Shown piece by piece: positions 30,737 through 39,854 of a stretch of 64,000 nt of DNA; within the stretch, counting starts at the first letter, position 1, and each line of letters starts with the position of its first letter. Made by a program: the position numbers and the translations under genes. The notes below the pieces were generated by a model that ran no database searches, had not been told where the DNA came from, and saw nothing but the letters and a program-made list of their open reading frames with translations. The stretch spans positions 1,054,001-1,118,000 of the forward strand of contig AP024664.1 of assembly GCA_024346625.1 (NCBI GenBank). The letters run 5' to 3'. The DNA is from Williopsis jadinii. Lineage: Eukaryota.

Positions 30737-32284
30737 TTACACCATTCTTATCGATATTTCCCCGAAAAGTTCCTGTTGCTTAACTTTGATTCTGTCATTA
30801 GTTGATAGGACTAAGAGTTCAAAGAATACCCTTGTTGCCTCATTCTTTGGCGTTGTAGATAGAGGTTCACGTGATAGAGCATCCTTCTCCAGAACGTCAG
30901 TAAATGTTGTTTCCTTCTCAGACTTCATCAGCTCAACAAGATGATTTTCAACCTTTGATGTGGATTCAGTAACACCAGAGTTGAAACCCGTGACATTTTG
31001 CTCTTCTTCTGGCTGCTGGTCCAAGTCGTCACCAAGGTCCTCTTCTAACGGCTGATTATCTGGTAACATATCATCCTGTTGAAAGTCAAAGTCTATATCT
31101 GCATCTTGAAAGAATTGCTGTTGGTCATCAGCACTGCCATTTTCCTTATCGCTTTGTAGCTCTGGAGGTTCTAACATCAACGGTGACGAGGGTTGTGTCT
31201 TTTGACGCTTGTTTGTAGCTATCGTCAAGAAACGCTCAGCTATGGTATCGTTGAAGAACGTTTCATTTAGTAAAGCCTCCACAGCTGATTTCTTCAACGA
31301 AAGATCCAGTGGTTGCTGTGTCTCGTCATCGATAACAATGCCTGTAGTGTCATTGAAGGAACGGATATTCAATTCGATCTCCTTATCAGTTATAATCTTC
31401 TTCCCAAGTGGTTGCTCTCTGGCCTTACGTTTTCTTCTTGGTTGAGACTGCGTAGTTGTTGTTTCATCACGTTCATTCTCCAAGTCGTCTATAGTTTCCA
31501 GAGGCTGGTCAAAATTACCGAGATCTCCCAGGGAAGAGTTTCCCAGAGTTGATAGATTGGCATCATCGGTAGCTCTTCCATGCTCGATACTTGTATCGTC
31601 ATGACCTTGGTCTAAATCAAAATCCATGCCACCTCCATAATCAAAATCAATCTCTGGAGGGTAATCTTCTCTCTGATGAACATCGTTATCCTCGCCCTGG
31701 TCCAGGTCAAAGTTCAAGTCGATGTCTAGTCCATCGTCATGCTCCAAGACATCGATATCATCATCGAATTTGTTTCTAGGCATTTCAATACTCTCATCAA
31801 GCTCCAATGAGTTCTGATTCTGAGTATCAAAGAACGCAGAGGGTTTCATGCTGTTATTCATCGTAGGATCATCGTCAAAGGTCAAGGGCTCTTGGTAAAG
31901 CAAATCTGCCTGTGTCACGGTATCCTGTAAAACAATTTGATTCATAGAAGGGATGATTGTAGCATTGATTGGGAGCGTCACAGCATTGGAGCTCGATCTG
32001 AACGCACTCTTCAGCTTCAAAAGCGCATCAGACACGTCATCCAGCAAGTACTTTGCCTTTCTCGAATAGATTCTCACAACACCATATAACAGCTGGCCAG
32101 ACAGTCTCAACGTCAGTGCCTCGGTGGTATCCGCATTGGATTCCGTGGCCTTCACGATTGCTTCGGCTGACTGCGTGATATTGGACTGTAGAAACTGCTG
32201 CTTGTTCAGCTTACGCTCCAAATTAGCAGCTAACCAGACCTGTGCGAGAGGCCCTTCTCTGGTGAGCAGTGATTCTTGTAGCAT
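30737..32284 (-). CDS. MCD1: Cohesin kleisin Mcd1/Scc1/Rad21
   Basis: GPLAQVWLAAN...LRLSGQLLYGVVRIYSRKAKYLLDD N-domain and C-terminal ATRVFFELLVL...QQELFGEI. Confidence 0.95.
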   Translation of the reverse strand: MLQESLLTREGPLAQVWLAANLERKLNKQQFLQSNITQSAEAIVKATESNADTTEALTLRLSGQLLYGVVRIYSRKAKYLLDDVSDALLKLKSAFRSSSNAVTLPINATIIPSMNQIVLQDTVTQADLLYQEPLTFDDDPTMNNSMKPSAFFDTQNQNSLELDESIEMPRNKFDDDIDVLEHDDGLDIDLNFDLDQGEDNDVHQREDYPPEIDFDYGGGMDFDLDQGHDDTSIEHGRATDDANLSTLGNSSLGDLGNFDQPLETIDDLENERDETTTTQSQPRRKRKAREQPLGKKIITDKEIELNIRSFNDTTGIVIDDETQQPLDLSLKKSAVEALLNETFFNDTIAERFLTIATNKRQKTQPSSPLMLEPPELQSDKENGSADDQQQFFQDADIDFDFQQDDMLPDNQPLEEDLGDDLDQQPEEEQNVTGFNSGVTESTSKVENHLVELMKSEKETTFTDVLEKDALSREPLSTTPKNEATRVFFELLVLSTNDRIKVKQQELFGEISIRMV

Positions 32285-32421
32285 TATACACCGTCACGGG
32301 ATGAATTATAGCAAGTTGGTGTTCTCCTTGTTGTTGTTGCAGTATACAGAGGTGGAAAAACTGCGCCCTTGGGGATTAATAATATAAACAAAGGATGGAA
32401 AAGTGCAAAACACGGTGGGTT

Positions 32422-32445
32422 ACGCGAAAACGCGACGCGTCGCGT
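32422..32445. promoter_or_regulatory. MCB/SCB cluster in the MCD1 promoter
   Basis: acgcgaaaacgcgacgcgtcgcgt contains one ACGCGT, one CGCGAAA and further CGCG cores, about 140 bp upstream of the MCD1 ATG. Confidence 0.75.
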
Positions 32446-32476
32446 ATTGACTTCCCAGATAGGAAATGCCACGGAA

Positions 32477-33424
32477 TTACACCGTGCATAATTGTTTTAG
32501 GTACTCAACCACGGCGCTGGTGATGTTGGAGGTCCATGGCAGCAAGAACCCTTCATCATGACAGGCTTTCGGGTTTATGAACAGTTGAGAAGATTCCCTA
32601 TTAGCTGTCTTGTAGAATTGGATGATATCATCGTGAAAGAGCTCGTACTCGCCGACCGTGATGAGAATGCTCTGTGGCAGCCACGGTATCGTCGAGGCAT
32701 CAGCGTAGTTAAGCAGTAGTTGTGGATCAACAGAACCACCAAAGAGTTTGAGCGTGCATCTCTTGAGGAAGTTGAGGGAGAGCATGTCAATGTGCTTGTA
32801 CTTCTCGTACGAGCCAGCCTCGGTGGGGTACAGGTTCAGCCAGGGTGACATCAGTATGAGGCCCGTCACAGTGTTCTCGAGCTTGGTGTTGATGGGAGGA
32901 ACACCATCAACTGGAACGACGCTGTGTCGTAGCATGGACAGTATCAAATGCCCACCGGCGGAGTCCCCCGCCAGTACGACGTTACTGCATGACCTTGAGA
33001 GCTCGTTCTGGACCATCGTGATCTCACACAACTGTCGTGGGAACTTTGCATCCTGTGACAGCGTGTAGTCGAGTACTAATATAGAGAGCCTTGGGTTGTT
33101 TAGTCTCCTCAGCACAACCATCCAAAAGGCGAAGAAGCCGAAGAAGAGGCCCATAATGTATGCTCCTCCGTGGCAGAACAGTATCACTGGGTCATCAGGC
33201 TGTCTGTTTGGGCATTCCGTAAGCCATATGACTCGCGAGGGGTCTAGCCCTTCAACATGGAACTCAGTATTGTAATTCGGCAGCGAACTGCCAAACGGCG
33301 ACAATGACCATAGACAGCTATCAATTGACTGCTTGAAAGCTATTCTGTACAGCCACTGTTCAGGGGTGTACTCTAGTAGAGCACGCACACATAGACGACA
33401 CAGAGAGCTGATTGAAGCCATCAT
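32477..33424 (-). CDS. Alpha/beta hydrolase, steryl acetyl hydrolase (Say1/HSL-like)
   Basis: HGGAY oxyanion motif, LDYTL..KFPRQL, GDSAGG nucleophile, LMSPW, and C-terminal HD. Confidence 0.8.
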   Translation of the reverse strand: MMASISSLCRLCVRALLEYTPEQWLYRIAFKQSIDSCLWSLSPFGSSLPNYNTEFHVEGLDPSRVIWLTECPNRQPDDPVILFCHGGAYIMGLFFGFFAFWMVVLRRLNNPRLSILVLDYTLSQDAKFPRQLCEITMVQNELSRSCSNVVLAGDSAGGHLILSMLRHSVVPVDGVPPINTKLENTVTGLILMSPWLNLYPTEAGSYEKYKHIDMLSLNFLKRCTLKLFGGSVDPQLLLNYADASTIPWLPQSILITVGEYELFHDDIIQFYKTANRESSQLFINPKACHDEGFLLPWTSNITSAVVEYLKQLCTV

Positions 33425-33587
33425 GCTGTTGAGAAGAATGTGGAAGATGGATGGAATTGAATGTCATCATCGGACGGAAATACTTCACGGCCTTTACACA
33501 AGCAGCTGATCAAGATCTACAACTGGTATGAGGAGCGCTGGTTTTCTACGGAGCATCATAAGAACAGAAGAAAGCACATAGTAATAC

Positions 33588-35933
33588 CTATCTAACTACT
33601 TGCATTACACGGTCAAACATGGTTGAAAGTTGCACGTCCATGCTGTCGAAGAGACCTGCGAATGAGTTAACATCAAGCTGTCTCGCACCGTTGATCTCAT
33701 CCGAGCCGAGGTCCAAATCCGTCTTGGTCTTCTTCTTCAACGAGCTCTCTCCCTGAGCCCTCTGTAACAGTATGGCCATCTCCCTGGCATGGTCGATTTC
33801 TTCGACACGATCCTCCTCCAGTCTTGTTGAAGTGACAAGCCCTATGCGTGAGTTGATGTCGATGAAGATGAAGTCTGTATCAAAGTTCCATTGAATTCCA
33901 CAGATGTATCCATCGTGGAGTGTATTGAACACAGGGGTCTTGGAATGAGGTGTGAATACAAAGATCTTGGCCTGTAACCTCTCCAAGTCTCTGTTGTAGA
34001 AGTTGACGGCAATACAGATCAGGGACTTGTCTGTATTGGTACACATTAGGTTATTGCCATTCTTTGGAGACGACACCCTGAGTACCAGGTCGTTCTCTTG
34101 CATGGTCAATAGATCAACACTCTTGAGGGAAGTCTTTGATAGTATGCACAACTGATTATCAACAATTTCCAACGATTTGATCTGTGACCCTGCTATTCTG
34201 GCCAATGTGTCGTTTGGAATCTCTTCAAAGGTATCGGTATCAATGATTTCAACAGTCTCACCAAATCCTAAAAAGATCAAACTGGAATCCTCAGACCACG
34301 CGAGGCTGACATCGTTTGAGAAGATCCCCGTAGATGGCTTCAGCTTTCTCAAGGACCAACGGACAATGTCATCGAGGTTGTTAGTGGTTGGTCTCCATAC
34401 TCTAACACCACCGTTGTTATCAGCAGTGAGGAAGCCAACACCCTTGAAATAGCTCAATGGTGCAGCAATCAAGGCATGTACAGGGATATTGACACCATGA
34501 GGATTGACGATCTTGGTGACAACTTCCCACGACGCCTGTCCAGAGCCATTCTTCACTTGAGTTTCAACAGATCTCCAGATCTTCAAGACATAAGTAAAGT
34601 CGTTCTTCGACAACAAATTGTCCAAATCACCATGTTGGTGCTCCTCCATGGTGGCCATCCACTTACCATCACGAGTGAACTGGAAATGCTTCACCACGGG
34701 GTCGTGCAACTTCTGTTCTGATCTAACCTTACCAGTTTGGATAGTATCCGTAACTTTCTGTACAAATGCCTGTTCATTCTTAAAGAAGTCGAAAACCTGG
34801 AGATAGGCACCATTGACAAAGTACAACTGCTTGGACGTAGGGTGGATCTTGAAGTTAGTCGAGAAGTCGTATTTCAGCTTCATGATATCCAAGGATGGGT
34901 TCTTTGCATATAACTTGTCCAATTTCTTCACGTTTGCAAGGTTGGAGCTGTAGCTCTGTCTTGGTCCACCCACCACTAACCTGGATTGAAGATCCACTGC
35001 TGAGAGTACCAATATCTCGTGGTTTTCTGAGTCTAATTGCAGTGTTGTATTGATGTATTCTTCATTTGGGGATTCAATTCCAACTATAGCACCGTTCAAT
35101 CTTGGTAAGAACTGTTGCTTCTCAGTGTCCAATTGCCAAAACACGAGGACCCTTTCCAAACCACCGCTCATCAAGTATTTCGAGTTCTGCGAGAAGCACA
35201 GAGATTTGACCTCGTCGATGTGCCATTTCAACAGCCTAGTGAAGGAGTCGAGGATGATATGAATCACACCAATTCTTGTGCCTACTGCCACAGAGCAATC
35301 ATTTGCGATTGCCAATGCAGTTATCAAGTTCTTGTTTGCGAATGGAATCGACTGCTTCTTATCAAGAGAGTCCATATTGACGATGTGTACACTCTTAGCC
35401 TCATGGGATTCGGATAAGAATGCAAGTTTTCTAGAATCTTGAGATACAGCGAATAACAACACGTTCTTGATGGAGGTCAAAGTCTCATATTGGTTCTTCG
35501 ATGGCGTGAATCTCACAACGTTTCTTGTGTGTGGCTTTGGCGAGTTCTTTCCGGTGATGAGAGTAAAGTTATCCTCTTCGAAACTGCTCACTCTCAGTAC
35601 AAAGTCGTCTTTGTTCAATTCAACAGTGAATCTGTTGATCACCACTTCAGGTACTTTCTCCTTCCAGTTGATCACCAGCACCTCTCCGGAGACTAAGAAG
35701 GCCCACACCAGGTTCTCATTGGACAGATCCTGCTTCAGATCAACTAGTCCCGTAAGATCGATCTGGTTCTCGACGTTGAACTTCAACGAACGGATACACT
35801 GTCTTGTCGTTATGAAGTACACTCTCAGCTGGTTGTTGAAGGGAACGATGAAATGACGTCCATCTTGCGCCAATATCCCACCGTGTAGCAAAGGCTTACC
35901 ACCACCCACAACTGAAACCCTGTAGTCTTCCAT
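33588..35933 (-). CDS. NAN1: t-UTP WD40 protein Nan1/Utp17
   Basis: RLLKWHIDEV, MSGGLERVLVFWQLDTEKQQFLPRLNG, TKIVNPHG. The start is placed at MEDYR (35933) because the track's ATG at 36014 is part of a PAC motif. Confidence 0.9.
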   Translation of the reverse strand: MEDYRVSVVGGGKPLLHGGILAQDGRHFIVPFNNQLRVYFITTRQCIRSLKFNVENQIDLTGLVDLKQDLSNENLVWAFLVSGEVLVINWKEKVPEVVINRFTVELNKDDFVLRVSSFEEDNFTLITGKNSPKPHTRNVVRFTPSKNQYETLTSIKNVLLFAVSQDSRKLAFLSESHEAKSVHIVNMDSLDKKQSIPFANKNLITALAIANDCSVAVGTRIGVIHIILDSFTRLLKWHIDEVKSLCFSQNSKYLMSGGLERVLVFWQLDTEKQQFLPRLNGAIVGIESPNEEYINTTLQLDSENHEILVLSAVDLQSRLVVGGPRQSYSSNLANVKKLDKLYAKNPSLDIMKLKYDFSTNFKIHPTSKQLYFVNGAYLQVFDFFKNEQAFVQKVTDTIQTGKVRSEQKLHDPVVKHFQFTRDGKWMATMEEHQHGDLDNLLSKNDFTYVLKIWRSVETQVKNGSGQASWEVVTKIVNPHGVNIPVHALIAAPLSYFKGVGFLTADNNGGVRVWRPTTNNLDDIVRWSLRKLKPSTGIFSNDVSLAWSEDSSLIFLGFGETVEIIDTDTFEEIPNDTLARIAGSQIKSLEIVDNQLCILSKTSLKSVDLLTMQENDLVLRVSSPKNGNNLMCTNTDKSLICIAVNFYNRDLERLQAKIFVFTPHSKTPVFNTLHDGYICGIQWNFDTDFIFIDINSRIGLVTSTRLEEDRVEEIDHAREMAILLQRAQGESSLKKKTKTDLDLGSDEINGARQLDVNSFAGLFDSMDVQLSTMFDRVMQVVR

Positions 35934-36009
35934 CTTAGCAACAATGGATCTTCTGGAAAGCGCTAATTGACAGTAGAAGGTTGTATAAACCGTGAAAAGA
36001 CGTTGTGCC

Positions 36010-36036
36010 CTCATCGCATCTGCTTGAAAAATTTTT
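36010..36036 (-). promoter_or_regulatory. PAC and RRPE elements of the NAN1 promoter
   Basis: CTCATCGC (36010-36017) and TGAAAAATTTT (36025-36035). Confidence 0.75.
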
Positions 36037-36065
36037 GAATGCGTATGAAGGAAAAAAACACATGA

Positions 36066-36182
36066 TTACATAAGCAATTCGACCGATGGACTGAGATTAC
36101 ATAAGCTCTTACGTAAGTTGATGTCTTACATAAGCACTTACGTAATAGAAATTCTTACATAAGAACCATCCTGCTTACATAA
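36066..36182. repeat. Seven copies of TTAC(A/G)TAA in the NAN1-RPB10 divergent promoter
   Basis: Copies start at 36066, 36097, 36109, 36126, 36138, 36155 and 36175. Confidence 0.9.
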
Positions 36183-36289
36183 GCCTTCTCGTGATGTAGG
36201 GGAAAAAATTTCACGAGATCGAAAACAAGACAGACAAGTTGGCCCTTCCTGGGAAGGAGCATCACATAGTAGATCAAGCTTATAGCACA

Positions 36290-36591
36290 ATGATTATTCC
36301 AGTTCGTTGTTTCTCTTGTGGTAAAGTAAGGTTCCGTGTTTTCTTTTGCTCCTTTGAGCGAGAAGGGTGAAGCTCGAGCTGTGTACTAACTGTATGGTTT
36401 CTAAGGTTGTTGGTGATAAGTGGGAGCAATACCTCGATTTGTTGAACGAGGATGCTACTGAAGCTGAGGCCCTTGACAAGCTCAAGTTGAAGAGATACTG
36501 CTGTAGAAGAATGCTTCTGACGCACGTTGATTTGATTGAGAAGTTCCTGCGTTATAACCCACTTGAAAAGAAGGATCCTACTTTGGACTAA
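36290..36591 (+). CDS. RPB10: RNA polymerase I/II/III common subunit Rpb10, 2 exons: 36290-36325, 36406-36591 (73 aa)
   Basis: Spliced [22 protein letters not shown]...[27 protein letters not shown]. The 80-nt intron reads GTAAGG..TACTAAC (36384-36390)..AAG. Confidence 0.96.
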
Positions 36592-36942
36592 TGTCTTGTA
36601 AAAGGATAAAGGCAGAAGCACGCAACTGAGGGAGTAGACCGATTAGGGTGAGGATGGAAGAGGTGTCGTTCAGAACAGATCAGGGTGCTCTGTTCTCTGT
36701 ACTATAGGAGTCGAACTGTCCTGTATCACCCATACACAGGGAGGCCTCAAAGTGGAGGTTATAGCAAAACTCTCCATAGAGTTCATATCTAGACAGTTCA
36801 CCATACAAAACGGAAACAATTGGCAGTGTATATATTGGTTATACGTACATTTTGTCGCTATAGAGTAAAGGATTGAAACGGCGTAGAGGTTTGCCATTAT
36901 AATGGATGTGTATATATGAAACCTAAGGTGGGCAGGCCACAT

Positions 36943-37006
36943 CCGCACATCCACACATCCGCACACCCACACATCCGAACACCCACACATCCCAACACCC
37001 ACACAA
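36943..37006 (+). repeat. Four tandem 16-bp units with Rap1-like cores (ACACCCACACAT)
   Basis: ccgcacatccacacat ccgcacacccacacat ccgaacacccacacat cccaacacccacacaa. Confidence 0.85.
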
Positions 37007-37099
37007 GTTGCGCCACTTCCTAAGAGCGCAATCAAAACCACAACAAACCATCACAACAAACCATCAAAGCACCTTCCAAGATCATCCGACCGAGTAAAC

Positions 37100-39709
37100 A
37101 TGTCACGTGTGGGCCCTCTGCGTAGACACGCTGGACCACTACGGTGCCAGGTGGGGTTGAACGTGAAGATGTCGCTGACAAGGGCGTACACAAGACATCA
37201 CCGGTTCCTCTCGAATACCTCGTTGCTCATGTCATCGAATGCCAAACAGATGGTTCTGCCGATGGGGTTGAAGAGCAGAAGCTTTTCCTTTTCTGCGATT
37301 CCAAAGATCGTTGCAAAGTCTGTGAAGGTGCCTGCTTACCTGGGTGGTGGGATAGCAGCAGCTGGTAGCTATATCGCGTATAAAGTGGAGGAGGCGTCCA
37401 ATTATACACAGGACAAGTTGGGCCAGTTGAAAGACCTGGGCAACAGTGCGTATGACAAGGCATCTGAGTTCCTCAACGGGCTCGAGTTTGGTTCCCAAGG
37501 TGATGGAAGCGGTAGCAGTGGTAATGGTGGTGGTGGCGGTGATTCAACCGCGGCTCTGGGAACAGCTGCTGCAATTGCTGCCAAACTTGATGAGGAAGAC
37601 GAAGAGGGTGAGAAGCTGATCGAACAAGAAGATGATGAGGAGGAAGAAGAGGACACAACTGATGATCAGATGATGAACCTGACCAGGCAGATGATTGAAA
37701 TTAGATCCCTGCTTCAAGAGATTGATAGATCATCGGAGACTCTGAAGCTGCCTTCCATCGTTGTTGTTGGCTCACAGTCTTCGGGTAAATCATCCGTTCT
37801 TGAGGCGATAGTTGGTCAAGAGTTCTTACCAAAGGGCTCAAATATGGTAACAAGAAGACCTATCGAGCTCACATTGGTCAATACACCAAACACTGCGGCA
37901 GAAACTGCAGATTTCCCAGCTCTTAAGATGTACAACTTGACAGATTTCTCAGAAGTTCAAAAGATCTTGTTCGATTTGAACATGGCTGTTCCTGCTTCAG
38001 ATGCAATCTCCAATGACCCAATCCAACTAACAATCAGATCACCTTCGATCCCTGACCTGTCACTGGTGGATTTGCCAGGATATATCCAAGTCGAAGCTGC
38101 GGATCAACCTCCTGTTCTTAAACAGAAGATCAAGGAATTATGCGATAGATACTTGGAGAGTCCTAATGTCATACTGGCCATATCATCAGCAGATGTTGAT
38201 TTGGCAAATAGTGCTGCACTGAGAGCCTCCAAAATTGCTGATCCAAAGGGTGAAAGAACAATTGGTGTTATCACCAAATTGGACTTGGTTGAACCTAAGG
38301 TTGCGAGGGACATATTGCTCAATAAGAAATATCCTTTGAAAATGGGATACGTTGGTGTTATTACAAGAGCACCAAAGAAATCTTTATTCCGCTCTGCCTC
38401 CAGTCACGATGCATTTGTTGCTCAACAGAACTTCGAGTATACCTTCTTGAAAGAACACAAGCCTGAGTTTGCCGAATGCAGCACCTCCACGAGAACACTC
38501 AAGAAGAAATTGATCAAGGTGTTGGAACGCACTATGTCAATGTCTCTTGCACCAACAGCACAACTGGTACAACAAGAGCTGGATGAAACGGCCTATAAGT
38601 TCAAAGTGGAATTCAATGATAGACAGCTTACTCCAAAGACATATTTGGCTGAGAACGTTGATGCTCTGAAGCTGTCTGTGAAGAATTTTAACGAACACTT
38701 TGGTAGATCAGAATTGAAATCCATTCTACGAAGTGAATTGGATCAAAAAGTTCTCGACTTACTAGCCACGAGATACTGGAACAAATCTTCTGACACGCCA
38801 TCAGATACAAGAATACTCATTGACAACCTATCACAATTGAGTGATATGAAAACAGAAGATCCTTATTGGGCAAAGAAACTTGATCTCGCCACCTCTTCCT
38901 TAACAAAACTCGGAGTAGGAAGACTGACTACATCAGTTATTGCAGACGCCATTGTCTCTGAGGTTGGGAACATCACCGATCAAACGCAATTGAGAAACCA
39001 TCCTTTAGCCAAAGAGGCCGTTAAGGAAGCTGCTGAGAGCGTCTTGAATGCACGCTACTTGTCAACAGCCGATCAGGTGGAGAACTGTATCAAGCCTTAC
39101 AAGTACGAAGTTGATGTTGATAGTCGTGAGTGGAGCACAGCCAGAGAACAAACTATTTATCTGGTTAAACAGGAGCTACAACAATGTCAAGACTCTTTCC
39201 AGGCTTTAAAGAATGCCATTGGTGGTCGTAAGTTATCTCAAGTTATGACGTATCTTGAAGAAGGTGGTACAGCCGAAGAAACTGTTGGGTTCTCACAAGT
39301 ACTCTTAAAAAGAGGCCGTGAGGCATTGTTTCTTCGTGATCGTTCAACAATCCTTGGAATGAGATTGAAGGCCTTGAAATCTGGACCTTGTAAGAGCAAA
39401 GATAACAAGTTCAAGTGCCCAGAAATATTCTTGAACGTTGTTAGTGATAAACTTACAACGACAGCAGTGCTGTTCTTGAATGTTGAACTTCTTACAGACT
39501 TTTTCTACAAATTCCCTCGTGAGCTAGACTCCCGTCTCAACCAGAACCTCTCAGAAGAACAAATTGAACAATTTGCTAAGGAAGATCCAAGAATCAAGCG
39601 TCATATCGAGCTTCAAGAACGCAAGGAGCTCTTGGAGTTGGTTTTACAAAAAATTGATGGTATATTGGCTTTCCAGAGAAGCAAGAGTTCCTTCAGTTCA
39701 CGAAGATGA
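37100..39709 (+). CDS. MGM1: Mitochondrial dynamin-like GTPase Mgm1
   Basis: Presequence, LPSIVVVGSQSSGKSSVLE, TRRPIELTL, DLPGYIQ, TKLD, and C-terminal FAKEDPRIKRHIELQERKELLE; adjacent to RPB10 as in S. cerevisiae. Confidence 0.96.
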   Translation: MSRVGPLRRHAGPLRCQVGLNVKMSLTRAYTRHHRFLSNTSLLMSSNAKQMVLPMGLKSRSFSFSAIPKIVAKSVKVPAYLGGGIAAAGSYIAYKVEEASNYTQDKLGQLKDLGNSAYDKASEFLNGLEFGSQGDGSGSSGNGGGGGDSTAALGTAAAIAAKLDEEDEEGEKLIEQEDDEEEEEDTTDDQMMNLTRQMIEIRSLLQEIDRSSETLKLPSIVVVGSQSSGKSSVLEAIVGQEFLPKGSNMVTRRPIELTLVNTPNTAAETADFPALKMYNLTDFSEVQKILFDLNMAVPASDAISNDPIQLTIRSPSIPDLSLVDLPGYIQVEAADQPPVLKQKIKELCDRYLESPNVILAISSADVDLANSAALRASKIADPKGERTIGVITKLDLVEPKVARDILLNKKYPLKMGYVGVITRAPKKSLFRSASSHDAFVAQQNFEYTFLKEHKPEFAECSTSTRTLKKKLIKVLERTMSMSLAPTAQLVQQELDETAYKFKVEFNDRQLTPKTYLAENVDALKLSVKNFNEHFGRSELKSILRSELDQKVLDLLATRYWNKSSDTPSDTRILIDNLSQLSDMKTEDPYWAKKLDLATSSLTKLGVGRLTTSVIADAIVSEVGNITDQTQLRNHPLAKEAVKEAAESVLNARYLSTADQVENCIKPYKYEVDVDSREWSTAREQTIYLVKQELQQCQDSFQALKNAIGGRKLSQVMTYLEEGGTAEETVGFSQVLLKRGREALFLRDRSTILGMRLKALKSGPCKSKDNKFKCPEIFLNVVSDKLTTTAVLFLNVELLTDFFYKFPRELDSRLNQNLSEEQIEQFAKEDPRIKRHIELQERKELLELVLQKIDGILAFQRSKSSFSSRR

Positions 39710-39854
39710 GGAGGGCGTCAGTGAATTTGATTATACCTGTATATGGCTTAAATGAATGGATGATATATATATAAAAATAGTTTTACAAATGTTACTGTAA
39801 TCATAAACATCGTATCTTTAAATCACATAAATAGTGAGCGTTTTTGTAAAGCCT

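Noticed and set aside
35934..36014. 27-aa N-terminal extension of NAN1
   Set aside because: Its ATG is part of the PAC promoter motif GCGATGAG.
36066..36182. CRISPR-like repeat-spacer pattern
   Set aside because: Repeats are only 8-10 bp with 4-23 bp spacers in a eukaryotic promoter, with no cas genes; it is treated as a binding-site array.
36843..36850. Minus-strand ATGTACGT resembling an ATG-plus-donor of a ribosomal protein gene behind the Rap1-like array
   Set aside because: No branch point or second exon occurs before RPB10, and the unspliced frame stops after three codons.
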